A stretch of DNA of 64,000 bases from Phaeosaccion multiseriatum (GCA_965112735.1 OZ218955.1:2046001-2110000); one strand, 5' to 3'. Shown: positions 1 to 21,827, counted from the stretch's first letter. Notes: a model not told the origin generated them from the sequence alone. Numbers and translations: made by a program.

Positions 1-847
1 ACATCAACTACGAGACGTTGGACTCCTTCCTGTGTGTAGAGTGCGGGTACTGCTCCTATGCACAGTTCTCGTACCGTCTCTATGCGGTCAAGTGCAACGA
101 CGCACCCACAATCACGTGCGAGGCAGAGAGGCTGACTGCCAAGCGCCTTGTTGATGCCGCGGAGCTCAAGGTGGAAGCGGCGAGGGAACAGCTCGCACCG
201 CTCCGACTCCGGGTGAGTACTCTCTCTCTCTCTCTTTTCTCAAACAATGAATCAATGCTTACGAGCATTGACCTTTAGGCCTTGGCCTGCGCCTTCCCTT
301 GGTAGGGGGTGGCGGGGGGGGGGAGAAGGCTGTGAGTATCACCTCTTTTTTGTTCTTGTCTTACCCTGTTGGATCTCGATTCGTCGTCTTTGTTTCTTCC
401 CTCTTCCCTCTTCCATCCTCTATGCTCTGTTTGTATTGATGACTGATTCGATCCTCTTACTCCCCTGTTTTTATTGATGACTGATTCGATCCTCTTATTC
501 CCCTGTTTGTATTGATGACTGATTCGACCCTCTCTTACAATCCTCTCTTTGTGATGGGAACTTCTGACAGGTGCGCCACTTAGTGGGCACTCTTGTGCAA
601 TACAGCGGCGCAGCCCTCGGCACCGCTCCATCGCTGGGCAGCTGCTTTCAAGGCACTGGCAGCGCCGCCTCTGCCCTGGCCCTGGCCACAATCTCAGAGA
701 CGTTGGAGGAGTTGGAGAGGGGGGGGCTCTTGTTGCTGCCTGGAGAGGCCAATGGGGCAGGGGGTGGTGCAGCGGCAAGGCTCGGTGCGATATCATCGGC
801 GGCTGCTCTTCTGTCGGCGCCCCCATCGTCCACCTCTGCCTCTGCTG

Positions 848-881
<34 letters not shown>

Positions 882-1424
882 AACAGCGGAGGCCTCGCAG
901 GCAGCAGCTGCAGCGAGGACTTTGTCCCTGTCCAGACCGGAGGGGCAGCCCAGTTCCGGAGGGACGGCGGGGGCGCGAGCGAGTCAAGCGGCCAACACTG
1001 CGAGACGGACGACGCTGGGCATCCTCCGGGAGATGGCGGGCGAGTCATCGTCCTTTTACGAGGACTTTTATTATGGAGGAGGAGGAGCAGCAGCAGAAGC
1101 AGCAGGAGGAGGAGGAGGAGGAGGAGGAGCAGGGGAGGAAGGAGCACAGTTCTACGAACTGTCAGACCCAGCGCACGGAAGCGCCGCGGATATGAGGGCG
1201 GCGCGCGAACAACATGCAGCACGTGAAGATGCTACAATGGCTGCTCCTGATGGTAAGTGAGGCAGCGAGACATGCGGTGGGGTACCACCCACCCACCCAC
1301 CGACTCACCCGCCCCCCCCCCCGACCCATTCACCTGCCTTACCTCTCTTGACGACGGAACGCCCCCCTTGTCTGCTCTGTTTGGTGACTGCTTGCTTGCA
1401 ACGCCTGATCCTCTCCCGACACTC

Positions 1425-1479
<55 letters not shown>

Positions 1480-4400
1480 TATGTGTGCATAGCTCCGGAC
1501 TCACTGGACCGCATCATGGCATCTCTCCAGCAAGCCGCCGCCTCAGACCCCCTCATGCTTGCTCGGCACGCTCCTGCCCCAGCCGCAAGGTCAGCGCCCC
1601 CTCGACGACGCGTCCCGCCAGCGAGGAGCGGGATTGCCGGCCACGGGACAGGAGCAACGGCAGCGGAGATCGCGAGTCGCCTCGGAATTGGTCCAGGGAC
1701 GGCCAGTAGGGAGGCCCTGTCGTCGTTGCTAGGGGCGGCAGTCAATGGAGCAGGAGGGGCAGGAGCCGGTGGGAGTGGGGCAAGTGCTGCCAGCTCTACC
1801 TCTGCTGCTACGTCCTCCGCGGCGTTTACGACCGCAGCCAGGAATCTTCGCAACTCCTTGGGACTGGTGTACGGCATCGGGGCTCCTCCGCCTGGTGGTG
1901 CATCCTCCTCCTCGTCATCCTCCGCTGCTGCGGCGAATGCTTTGACGGCTGCGGCGAAGGCTTTGACTGCGGCGGCGCCCGGTGGGTTGTCTGCCCTGAT
2001 GGCCGATGGCGCCGCTGGAGGCGCCAGTGGAGGAGGTGCAGGGGGTGGAGCAGGAGGAGGAGGGTCAGGAGCAGCGACAACGGCGGCAGCAGCGGCCGCA
2101 GCAGCATCGTCTGGGCGAGCCGCGATCGAGCCTCTTCTGCTGGACTTGCTGGCGGTGTACTCAGGAGCGTGCAAGAAGGCTTACGTGAAGCTAGTCGACG
2201 CGCTGGGTGAGATGGAGGAGCTGCAGGAGCAGTTGCGGAGGTATGAGCTGTACACCACTCGGGGTGGAGGCTGGGGGAGTCACCAACACCACCACCACCA
2301 CCACCACCATCACCACCATCACCACCATCACCACCAGCACCAGCAGCCGAATCACCAACAGCTGCAGCAGCAGGCGATGCCGACGCTCCATCCGATGATG
2401 CTTCTGGCGGGGGCGTCGCATCAGCCGCAGCAGTACCACGCGGCGCCCCTTTCGGCGATGGAAGTGGCCATTGGCAGGGGCATGGGGATTGGTGGCATGG
2501 GCTGCCCGCCCCTGGTGGTCGAAAGGGCACCCAGCACGGTGTGTCTTAACTGCACGGAGGACGTGGTGACTTTGCTGCTCGACATGCTCTCTTGCCTGTG
2601 CTCGTGCCCAGCCGCGCTGCAGCAGCTCCTCGTGTTACCCGGTGCTCTGGAGGAGATTTGGGAGTGTGCAGGAGCTGCGGCCGCCGCGCCGGAGGGAGTG
2701 GTGGGAAGCGCGGCCAGGCGCGTTCTCGTGGCCATCGCCTTCTCCTCTTGCTCCTCCTCTGCTCCATCTATGGGCAACCCAGGACAAGGAGGACGAGTAG
2801 AAGAAGACGATGATGATGAGGCAGGCGCGAGGAAGATTCTCCAGCTCTGCAGGTCCAAGATTTTGTTCGGATTGGAGCACCACTTGAGCCTGAACCACGG
2901 AGGGCTGGCAAGAGTGGTGTCACAAAGCGTCATGCTGCTGCAGGACCTCTGTCTGGCGAGGGAGGCGCGAGGAAAGGAGTGGCCCTCTTCCACAGCGAGC
3001 GGAGGAGGAGTTAAAGGAGGAGGGGGAGGAGGAGGAGGAGAAGGAGGAGGAGGAGCAAGCGAGGCGTCGGCAGTGACGAGGTGTTGGCGTATGTTTGTGG
3101 AGCTGCTGTTAGAGGTGCTCGCACGAGTGGCACCGGCAGCGGCGGGCAGCGTAGCGGTCGCGGAGACGATTGCTGTCCCTTGTCTTCAGACGGCGATTGC
3201 CCTCTGTGTGGACTCGCATCTCCTCCCCGATATGCGTGAGCAAGTCATCGGAAGGGGAAGGGAGGCATGGACGAAGAAGAGCGGAGAGCGCAGCAGCAGC
3301 AAGGCACCCGGACAGGGGCAGCCACTATGGCAGGGGCGAAGACAAGGTCTCTCCGCGGGCGTGCTCGACGCTGTGCTGAACCAAGTGCTCGAGGTTTCTG
3401 CTCAGGCGTGGCCGTGGACCCCCGCCCTGGGCTTGTTGTGGGAGACGCCTGACCAGAGGCAACGGGAGCGTGTGACCCGTCAGGCGTGGGCCAAGTGGAG
3501 CAAGAGCCGCGTGGGCCGGGCTCCTCCTGCTACTCCTTCTGCTGCTGCAAAGGGAGGAAGTTCTGTGTCGTCTTCTTCGCCTAGGAGCTCATTCGGTCTC
3601 GGCGCGTCAGGATTGGGACTGGGGGCAGTGGCTCGAGGTGGGCGGCCAACAGGGTGGCAGCAGCAGCAGCAGCAGCAAGAGCGCCCACCCCGGGGTATGG
3701 TGCTACCCTCGCTGCCACAGGGAGGCGTCTTTGGGTGGCTGTTCTCTCTGTCCACGTGCCCCAAGAGTGCGGGACTGCGCAGTCTTGCCTCACTGCTCCT
3801 TCACCGCTTGTGCGCTGTCAGCGCCAGAGGCTCGATGGCGGAGGAGGTTGGGGCGGGATTGGGGATGCGAGGAGCCGAAACCGCAACCGGAGATGGGGCC
3901 GCCACAGAGGCAGTACCTGGAGACGCAGCGCCGGAAACCGCAACCGCAACCGCTCCAGCAACCGAAGATACCACCGGGCCGAATCCCACAACTCTGGTGC
4001 TGGACGGGGGTGCGGAATGGCAGCTGAAGGCTGCAAGAAGAAGGACGACGACTGGCTCTGTGTGTGATTGGCTGCTCGCTAGGCAGCAGCGGATGGTGGA
4101 GGCCGTGTTGCATGCGTTTGGATGCTGCTTGATGACGGGAGTCGAAGAAGAGGCACTGCAGCTGCTGCACGTGATTGCCACAACTCTGCAAGACAGCCTG
4201 TTGCGGCGCTACGCCTGTGTGCGTGGGGTGGTGGGGCTGTTTAACCGAGCCATGGTGCTTGAAGTGAATCGTCTCGCAGCGCAGGAGGCCGTGGCGCTTC
4301 ACCGTCCCGTCTCGGAGTCCGGCAGGCACCGCTCGGGTGAGATTTTGGTGCAAGTAGTGACCCTGTTGGCCTGTCTTTTGCGCGACGAACCGACGCTCCT

Positions 4401-7400
4401 GGAGACGTTTGAGCTAGACGGAGCTTTGGAGGCCCTCGTCAAGCTAAAGGGCCTTGTGCTGCTAAGGGGCCCCAAGGTGGCGGCGGCCATTACCCTGTTG
4501 GACGAGATGACGGGCGGTGAGGGCATACGGGGAGGGTCGGCGGTGACTGGCGGGCGAGGGGCATCTTTCGCAGCGGCGGCGACGGCAATAGCAGGGGAAG
4601 GAGGTGGGGGGGAGCAGAGGGCGGTCACAGCTGCCGCGGCAGCGACCCTTCAAGAGAGAGAGAGGTTTCTACGGGCGGCGATTGTTGTGCTTCGTCGAAA
4701 CACTGCTGCGGGCTCCCCGATACAGGACCTACCCCAGCAGCAGCAACAGCAGCAAAAACAACAACAACAACAACAGCAGCAGCAGCAGCAGCAGCAGAAT
4801 CTGACGGGGCTTATGGATCCTTCGCACTTCACTCTCTCCGTCGAGGCGGCGAGGGCGTTGCTGCGTGCAGCGTCCGACGCAGTGCTCCCCCCCAAAGTGC
4901 TTCCGGCCTTCTCAGTGCTCCTGCGACGGGCGCCCACCCAAGAGGAGTTCTTCAGAGGCAGCATCTCTCACAACCCTATCCCCAGCAAGGACATTTTGAA
5001 AGAGGGTGGAGGCGGCAGCAGCAGCGGTGGCGGTGGTGCTGGTGGTGATGCGGGGGGGGGCGCTGGGAGCGCGGGGGGGGGTGATGCATCTGCAGGAGCA
5101 GGAGGAGGAGGAGGGGGGGGAGGGAGTAGCAGCAAGGTGGGGAGTAAGGAGCCGACGATGAGAGACCTTCGAGCAAAGATTGCCCGAGATCTAGACATGG
5201 TGGATGCCGCGGCGCTGCTGGAGCTGCTGGTGTGTGACCAAATCATCAGCCTTGACCTGCTTGTGCGAGTGGTGCATCAGGAGGTATGGAGGCCACACGT
5301 GTTGATGGAGCAGTCCGAGGGCGAGGGCGGCGGCGGCGGTGGGGGTGATGAGGAGGAGGAAGGAGGAGGGGGTGGGTATGCGTCTGACTGTGACGCACGC
5401 GACCTACCCCCTATGGTCGTGACGTACCGCCTGGCCGGTGTGGATGGGGAGGCCACCGAGGAAGTGGTGGAGACGTTGCAAGATTCGCTATCAGAGGAGC
5501 AGGTGTCGCCCGCAGAGCGCTTCAAAATCACGTCCATCATTGGAGAGACGGGCGGATTGGGTATCCTGCTGGGCTTGTCGCATCCTTTGGTACGCCCTGG
5601 GGCCATTGGCCGAAGCGGAGGAGGAGGAGGAGCAAGAGGAGGAGGGAGCAGCAGGGGGGCGAGCGAGGGAAGATGGGAGGTGTTTATGCTGTCGCTGGGT
5701 CTGCTGCGACACTGCTGCGCATTGCCTTCCAACCGACTCAAGCTGTTGGCCCTTCGCGCCCCTGGGGTGCTCTTGCATCGTATTATGGATGTGCTGCGAG
5801 AAGGCCATCAGGGAGCGGGTGCATCTGGTGGATCGGGGGCAGGTGGTGGCGGGGTCGGTGGGCGAGGGGGAGGAGGAGGAGGCTATCCACAGGAAGTGGT
5901 GGACGATTTGCTACACATTATGGAACAGCTAATGCAGGAGGTGGCCAAGGGAGCGTCGGCGGGGCTGGAGTTGCAAGAGCAGCCAGAGCCACAGCCAAAG
6001 CAGCCAGAGCAAAGGCAGGACAAGGTCGAGGATATGGAGGAGGACGAGGAGGAGGAAAGCAAGGAAGAGAAGGAAGACAAGGCGGAGACCAAGGACGGGG
6101 AGGTCGGCGACGGTCGAAGAGATGGCGATGGTGGTGTAGGCATGGCCGCAGTGACCCCCGGGGTGACTGCCGCACTGTCTTCTTCCTCCTCCTCATCCTC
6201 CTCGGAGGTTGGGGATGCCGAGGACGACGAGGAAGACAGCACCAAACATCTTTCCTTCCTTCTGAGCTCTCTGCAGGAGCCTGCCCTCATGGCAGCTCTG
6301 GAGAACAATCCCCTCCTCAAGCATTCCGTGGCGCGTTTGCTGCCGTTCCTCACGTACGGCAATCGAGCGGCCGCGAGGGAACTCGCCTCGCGCTTCTGTG
6401 CTGTGGTCAAGTGGGCAGCTATTGCGCGGTCTGCGGTGGAGAGTGGCGAGCCCGAGGCGGGGCCTAATGTCGCTGTTCCTCCTTGTGGGGGTGGGGGGGG
6501 TGATAGTGCCGCAGGAGGAGGAGAAGGAGGAGGAGGAGGAGGAGGAGGAGGAGGAGGAGGAGAAGGAGGTGGAGGAGGAGGAGGAGAGGCGATGGAGGTA
6601 GAGGTAGACGGCGATGGAAGTGGTGGCGGTGGCAGTGGCGGCAATGACAACAACGACGCCCGCGACAGCAGCAGTACCATTGACAAGCTCAAGTGGCAGT
6701 GCTTCGTCGAGACGGCGGAGCTGCTTGGGCGAGACCGCGTGGGCCACGTGGTGAAGGACTGCCTCCTGAGCTCGGGCTTCATCTCCGCCACCGTGGACTT
6801 TGTACTGGAAGGGGTGCCAAGCTCTCAGGAGGTAGGCCAGCAAGGCGCCCAGCAGCAGGAGGTGCCGCTGTGGGCATTGCTGGATACCGCCACATCGGAC
6901 GCGTGGAAGGCCTTCTTCACTCGGCCTGCGCTGAAGCGGGCTCTGCGCGTGCTGACGGGTTGCTGCAGAGGGCACAAAGCCACACAGATGGCGCTGAGCA
7001 AGAGGGGCATCTTGGCTCTGCTGCATCGATGTGAAGGGACCTCGAGCAGCGGGGAGGTGGGCTTGCTGGCAGACACCATGCTTGAAGGTACGTGATACGA
7101 TTTACGTAGTACTTCGTAGTATTACTTGTGCGCGTAAGTAGTACTGAAGTATGTTTTGTTTTTGTTTTCTTCTCTTACCTTATCTTATCTTCGTTTTGTT
7201 CTTTTTTCCCGCCTGCCTGCCTACGTGCCTGCCTGCCTGCCTGCCTGCTTGCCTGCCTGCCACAGCCATGTCCCTAGACAATGAGGAAACTCGAGCCCAG
7301 ATTGAGTCGCTTCGAAACGCGACCAAGACGTCGAAGCGAGCCATGGCGCAGGAGAGGAGAAACAAGATGATGAAAGCCATGGGAGTAAAGCTGCCCAGCA

Positions 7401-10400
7401 CGCCCTTACTCACTGCTCCTGCTGCTGCTGCTGATGGTGACGGTGCTGATGCATCAGCGGCGTCAACAACTGCCTCTGCAGCAGCCGCCACAGGGGGACA
7501 GGAAGGTGGGCCCGGCGACGTGTCTGGAGTACCAACAGCAGCAGAAGGAGGAGGAGGAGGAGAAGGAGGAGGAGCGGCATCAAATGCGGCGGCTGCTGCT
7601 GCTGCTGCTGCTGCTACCGCTGCTGCTCCTATCTCTGCACCTACGCAGGCCGACTCCCAGCGAGAGGGAGGGAGGAGGTCAACTGGAGGAGTTGTGGCGG
7701 CGCGAGCAGGAAGGGCAAGTGCAAGTGCGGCGGCTGCTGTAGCTGCTTCTGCAGCTGCTGCTGCTGCTGCTACCTTAAAGCCCTCCTGGATGCTGGAGAT
7801 GGAGCAAATGGAGGAGGAGGAGGGGACGACGTGCATGGTATGTCAAGAGGGTGTGGCCTACAAGCCGGACGACGTGCTGGGGGTGTATGTGTACACCCGT
7901 GCTGTTCAAGAGGCGGACATCGGCCTAGTGGAAGGGGCCTTCCTCACGGACGAGGGGAGAGGAGGCGGAGGAGGAGGAGGAGGAGGAGGAGGAGGAGGAG
8001 GAGGAGGAGGAGGAGGAGCGGACAGTTTGTCTCTTTTGTCTTCGCTGAGGGGCGCGAGAGCAGGTAGCGGGGAGCTAGACGCGCGCAGTATGGCGGATAA
8101 CTTCATGGCCGCTGCTCTGCTGGGTGTAGGAGCAGGTAGCGGTGCGGGAGCTCGGCGGGGCAGTCAGAGCAGTCAAGGAGCCACCTCCCCAGCGTCCCTG
8201 GTGCTGACGGTGACGGCTTATAGCGCGATTCACTTTTCATGCCATCGGGAGGCAGCGCGTGCCGACCGGGGCCTTCGCACACCCAAGACGGAGTGGGAAG
8301 GGGCGGCACTGAGGAACAGGTGCGTGAGTAGGAGTGGGCGTGGGCGTGCGTGCATGCGTCGGTCGGTCGGTCGGTCGGTCGCAGAGGGGCCCACAACCGT
8401 CCGCAAAGTCACACATGGCACTCTCTCACACTCCCATTGTCGTTGTTTCGACCCCCTTCTTTCACCGGGGATGTACCCCTCCTCCCCTCGCCTCTCTCCC
8501 CTCCACTCCCCTACCCTACCCTACCCCTTTTAACAGCCGCGTGTCCTGCAACAGCCTACTCCCTCTGCGGTCCGGTGCAAGCCCCTCGGACGGTTTGCTG
8601 AAACCGCCCATGAGTGATATGTACGCTTCTTGCCTGGACAAGCACTTCGGATGCGTGTTTGAGGTGGGGCAGTGTGCGCAGTCCAGACTGGTCATTGTAC
8701 TGCATGACATACGCATGTTGCTGCTGCAGCTCTCGCATAGGGAGAGTCTCAGGTGCGTGGTGGTCGGCCAAGGGGCGGGGAGGAGGAAGGGGGGCGGAGG
8801 GGAGAGAGAGGGAGGGAGTGAGGGAGTGAGGGGGGGGGGATGTGCGTTTCAGGTATCTCGTGCTGTTGGCCGCCTCCCTCCATTCTGTGGGAGGAGGTGG
8901 CGCAGCCGAATGAGCGCCAGCCTCTCTTTCTTGAATTGAACAGGCGTGTCCGTGTGCATGTCTGAGAGAAGCTAACCAACTAACCAACCCCATCTCATGT
9001 TTGCTCGTTGCGATATTCCCCACACTAACGCGTATACCTCCCACATGTCATTTTTGCTCGTTGCTCCGCCACACAGTGCGTATAGCGGGGGTGGGGCAGC
9101 GGCCAGTAACCTGAGCCTGTTGGTGAACCAGGTACAACTGGCGGCACATCTACTTGACGACATCCTCCGGAAGGGTCGCAGGGGCTCTGCAGCAAACCCC
9201 AACACGGCGGAGGCACGGCGTTTAGACCGCATTTTACGAGTCTTTACAGCTGTTGCGATGGAAGGGGAAGAGGATGGGGCTGCTGAAGGAGGAGGAGGAG
9301 AGGAGTCGTCGAAGGGGGGTAAGACCAAGGACGAGGAGGAGGACGAGGACGAGTACGGTATTAGTAAATACGACGAAGATGATGACGACGATGAGGATGA
9401 AGAGGACGAGGACGAGGATGAAGACGAGGAGGAGCGAGAAGAGAGGATGTTGGAGCGGAGGCGTAGGAGGAGGAGGAGGGCTGCAGAGGAGAGCCAAAGC
9501 GACGCGTCCATTCTGGCGTCGCTCAGCGCAGACGCCAAGAGCAAAGCTTTTGAGTGCACAGCCTTTGTCATGGTCATCTCCCTCCTCCGCCACACCCCGC
9601 AGCAATGGAAGCGGTACCGCAAGGCCTTCGTCAAGCACGCCATGCGTTATGCAGGGGCGCGGCGAGCAAGGGGCGAGGAAGGATCCGGGGTGGACGCAGC
9701 GGGGGGTCGTGTTCGTCGCACGCGGTCGATGAGTGCGGGAGCTGCCGCGGCCGCTGGGGTGGGCAGCCCGGGAGGAGTAGGAAGTGTGGGTGGTGGTGGC
9801 GCCAGTGGAGCGGGTGGAGGAGGGACTGGTGCTGGTGCTGGAGCTGGTGTTGGTGGTGCTTCTTCTGCCATGGCTGCTTCTCCGTATCGGAGTGTGGGAG
9901 GGAAGCGCAAGCGAGCCGGCTCTACGCTGCACGAAATGGAGGTGTTTGAGGGGGACGAGGCGGACGAGAAAGCGCTGCTCCTCGCAACTGCGCGACCCAT
10001 GCTCACCTTCTGCTGCCTTGTTGACGCCCTGCACAAGTCGTTGGAGGAGAAGGGGGAGGAGGGCGAGGAATCATCAGAAGGACGGGGAGGAGAGTCGTCC
10101 GAGGCTGCTGGCAACAGCGACCAGCCTGACTCCACCCTTCGAGCTTGGCTGAAGGCCGACGAGAGTGTGTTGGTGGCGAGGAGCAAGACGTTGCTGGAGG
10201 TGTATGAAGTGAGGCTGGGAGGGGCCCTGTCTGCGTCAGGGAGCTCTGCAGCTGCAGATGGTGGAGGCAAGAGCGGCTCAGCATCTGCCCAAACAGGGGC
10301 AGAAGGAGGAGGAGGAGGAGGAGGAGGAGGAGGAGGAGGAGGACTCATTCGTGACTACATGGAGTGCCTGGGTCTGAGGGAGACGCTGGAGGCAGAGGGG

Positions 10401-10469
10401 GAAGAAGGATGTGCGGGGTGGGTCAGCAACAAAATTAGCGAGGGAGAGTTGCAGGCACGACGGAGGTGA
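1..10469 (+). CDS. UBR4: E3 ubiquitin ligase UBR4/BIG (calossin/p600 family), 3' part; 5' end lies upstream of the window
   Basis: Inferred exons <1-212, 571-1252, 1493-7087, 7266-8319, 8537-8752, 9077-10469 (GT-AG, phases consistent). UBR4/BIG motifs: INYETLDSFLCVECGYC; LRRAPTQEEFFRGSISHNP...PTMRDLRAKIARDLDM...LELLVCDQIISLDL...PPMVVTYRLAGVDGEATEE; RLLPFLTYGN; hemiRING CMVCQEG..YKPDDVLGVYVY...IHFSCH..A..AD...EWEGAALRNSRVSCNSLLPL; SGGG..SNL. Confidence 0.93.
427..538. repeat. 38-bp tandem repeat x3 in a UBR4 intron
   Basis: Unit ctgtttgtattgatgactgattcgatcctcttactccc at 427, 465 and 503, with 1-3 substitutions. Confidence 0.9.
1428..1476. repeat. (TA)n microsatellite, intronic
   Basis: About 24 TA units just upstream of the acceptor at 1491-1492. 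Confidence 0.95.
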
Positions 10470-11088
10470 TGGTGATGGGGCAGGGAGGAGGGAGATGGAA
10501 GAGGGAGAGGAAGAGGGGGGGGTATGGACAGAGAAGGAGACAGACAGACAGATGGAGAGAGAGAGAAGAGAGACAGAGCGAGAAGAGGGAGATCCAGAGG
10601 GAGGGAGAGAGAGAAGGGCGAGAGAGAGAAGGGCGAGAGAGAGAAGAGCGAGAGAGAGAGAAGAGCGAGAGAGAGAAGAGCGAGAGAGAGAGAGAGAAGA
10701 GCGAGAGAGAAGAGCGAGATGAGTGCGCGCACACACCCAACGCCAATGAAGGAAGGTTGGTCATGTCGGAGCAGTGTGCGATACTTTTGTGTATTGTGTA
10801 TACGTTTAGCGTCCTGTGGCGAGTGCTGCGTGCGCCTTACTTCCTTAGGAGGAGAGGGGCAGCGCGTGAGACTTGCCGGCGCGGGGGGGGGGGGGGGCTG
10901 TAGGATACCAAATTGATACCATATATACTTAACATTTACATAACACATACAAGACGTAGTATATTATTGTTGGCAAGAGTTGTTTGTAGCGGACGCCCTC
11001 CCCCCTTGCGTTGTGTTACGCTGTGTACCCGTCCGCCGACGGGCCATCGCCATTGAGCAAAGCAAAGCCTATCTCTCGTATCCCTTAA

Positions 11089-11548
<460 letters not shown>

Positions 11549-11871
11549 ATTGAGTGCGACACATGGTATCTGCAAGCGAACACGATGCCAGCCACGCTCC
11601 TCCGTCAGACTGCTTCCTTCCCGTGCTTGCGGCAGGCTCAGGCAGGCAGCACGCACTCTCACATGACTACGATTCGTCGTTTGTTGCCATCGCACCGAAT
11701 CCACCGGGGGGAGCGAAGGCAAGCCTCCCCTCTGGTCTGACGACACCCAAGAAGCGTCAGACGATACCCAAGAAGGGTCAGATGCTGTGCATGAATAGAA
11801 GCAAGAGCAGGAGTGGCAACAGCAGCAGTTGATGATACAGCAGCCAAGCTGAGCGGTGGCCTTGTACTGGA

Positions 11872-13109
11872 CTACTGAGCCGGAGACACCGCTGCTGCTC
11901 CTGCGCTCGCTGCTCCTGCTGCTCCAGCTTCTTCGCCACCACTGTTGTTCGCCCCGGCTGCCCCTCCTCCCTCCTCCTCGGCTCCTGTTGCCCCTCCTCC
12001 CCCACCCCCGCCCCCTCCATCCCCACCCTCCTCTGTTATTGAGGTAGCGCCATCCAACCCCCCGCCCCCACCCCCCCCCCCAGCTCCAGCCCCCCCACCG
12101 TTGCCGGCCTCAGCAGCAGCGCCTTCCGTCTCCCGATCGTTAAAGTTCACCATTCCTCGGAAGTCTTGTAGCGACACACGCCCGTCTCCGTCTTCGTCGG
12201 CAGCCTCCACTAAGATGGACAAGTCTTCATCGGTAATGTCTCCGAAGCCCAGGCTCTGGAAAATGGTCCTGTGCATGTGGGAGGGGCGTTATTTCGTTGG
12301 ATGCACGATGGAAGGGGAAGGAGGGGGATGTGAGGGATGAGGCAAGGGCAGTAGGTCAGCTATCTGAAGACTCGTTATCTTCGCTGTCATTCCTTCCTCC
12401 CTCTCTTCCTGCCTCCCTCCGTCCATTCCTCTCTGCCCGCCCCTCCTCCTGACTCCTCCTCCCTCCCCCTCCCTTAGAGGAAGAGACCCTCCACGTTCAT
12501 TCTGCCTTGCCTGCCTGTCTGCCTTCTACCTTGTTTCTCACCTCAGGACCTCGGTGTCCACAAAGCCACTCCCCTCGGGGTCGTAGGCCTTGAAGGCCTC
12601 CGCCACGGGGTCAAAGTCTGTAACGGTGTTGTCCATGAGGAGGTCCCGCAGGTCTTGCAGCGTCATCTCGTTCTTGTTGTTCATGAGAAAGCGGTACTCG
12701 CGATTACTCATGTTCTTGTAGAAAGCGCCTGATGCAAATGTCGCGTTTGGGGGTAACGGGGGTAACAAGGGGCCACGGAGGTGAGTGGGAGTCGGCCAAA
12801 GAGGTATTGGTAGTAGCATGGGCCTCCTCCTCACTGACCTAGGCCCTTCTTGAGCTGCCCTGCTGTGATTTTCCCCGTCCCTTCCACGTCAAAGAATGAG
12901 AACGCCGCCTGCAGCTCCTGCTCTGTCACGAGCACTCCGCCAGCCTCATTGCGAGGTACCTGGGGGGAGACGAGTCAGTCACGCAGGCAGAGGAGAGTGC
13001 TCGCTGGCTTCAGACTTCTGATGGTCGAGGAGGGAAAGAGAGAGAAAGGAACCCCCTTCTTTCCATCTGTCTCATGCTCGCTCTCTCTCTTTCCCTCTCC
13101 CTTTCTCTC

Positions 13110-13157
<48 letters not shown>

Positions 13158-13257
13158 GTCTCCTCCTTACCTGAACATCTTCTGGCTTCGAATGTCTGTT
13201 CTTCCCCGCATTTGCGCGGCCTGACTTTGAGGTTCGATGGGCTACAGCGGACGTCAT
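11872..13257 (-). CDS. Calmodulin/centrin-like EF-hand calcium-binding protein with Gly/Ala-rich tail
   Basis: Exons 13257-13171, 12959-12839, 12728-12542, 12268-11872. EF loops FDVEGTGKITAGQL, YDPEGSGFVDTEVL and ADEDGDGRVSLQDF; helices ELQAAFSFF and VAEAFKAY. Confidence 0.88.
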
Positions 13258-13539
13258 CGCTGCTGCTGCTAGTGCTTTGTTGGTTGGAGTGAAACTGTGG
13301 GCCACAAAACTGAAATGCAAACTGGAGTCGTCGCTCTCTTTTCATCTTTTTCTCCCTGACTGTGTGAGTATATCCTCCTCCCCCCTTTTTCTCCCCTTCC
13401 CCACTTCCTCCCTCCTCTAAGCTCAGGGAGTGCGAGAAAGGTTGCTATGCAATAGCAAGAGCCGACCCGTCTGCAATGCTGTAGGGATGGGGGATAGAAG
13501 GGCGGTGGGACGAGAAATAAAAAGACGGAAACTTCAAAG

Positions 13540-20836
<7,297 letters not shown>

Positions 20837-21304
20837 CGAATCCGGGCCTGCAGGGCTCAGCGCTGCCCACATACGATACACCCTAAGTCAATGAAAAAGA
20901 TGTGACTCGCTCGCTCTCCTTCACTGTATTGCAGTGGTCCGATCGGGTGTGGACACTCTCTACTCACTCTTGCCCGTGCAGCAAGTGGGTGGCCGCCGTT
21001 CCGCGCAGTATATGCCTGCTGTCCCCGTGTGCTTTCTTGACTGCTTTGCTTTGCTTTGCTTTGCTTTGCTTTGCTTTGCTTTGCTTTGCTTTGCTTTGCT
21101 TTGCTTTGCTTTGCTTTGCCTTGCTTGGCCTTGCTCTTCCCTCTCATCGCTCTGTAGCTCACCCCACAGCGAGGCAGGGCGACTCGGTGACGCAAGCTCT
21201 CTATTGAATGCTCAACGCTCCCCTCCCCCCTCGACACATCACATCCCCGGTGATGCGCTCTCCTTCCGTCTCAAGCCTGCCGAGAAGCGCAGTACATCAC
21301 CACC

Positions 21305-21795
21305 TCAAACCGCAGCACTTCCCCACTTCCATCCGCAGCACTTCCTGCTCGTGAAGCCCGCGTCCCTTCTCCTTCTCTCCTCCGATCTCTCCTCCCTCCG
21401 TCGTGTCGCTCCCGTCTGCCATGCTTGACTCAACCAACTTCCACTCGCCCTCTCCCTCTCTCTCTTTTCCTGACGCTCTCCCTCCAGCTCCAAAAAGACC
21501 TGCCACTCCACCCCCACTTCTGTCCTATCCCCCTTCCCTATGGCTTCATCGGGAATGCCGCTCTGCTGCTGAGTACGCTCCCCCCCTCCTCCGCCATAGG
21601 CAGGCGCCCGACCCCACGTCCTGTGGGTGTATGGCGAGGCAGTCTCGGCAAGTGAGAAGGCCGACTCCTTCATCGTCGTCCCCTTCATCTTGGGTGTCGG
21701 ACCCACCCATCGCGGCTCTGTGTCGATCGGCTCAGGTCGCGAGCTGCGCGTGTGGAGAGTTGGCGTCACCTGGGCGGGTGAGAGGGAGAGAGAGG

Positions 21796-21827
<32 letters not shown>

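Noticed and set aside
1479-10348. Many antisense and alternative-frame ORFs overlapping UBR4
   Set aside because: These are shadow ORFs expected in GC-rich triplet-repeat coding DNA, with no family motifs.
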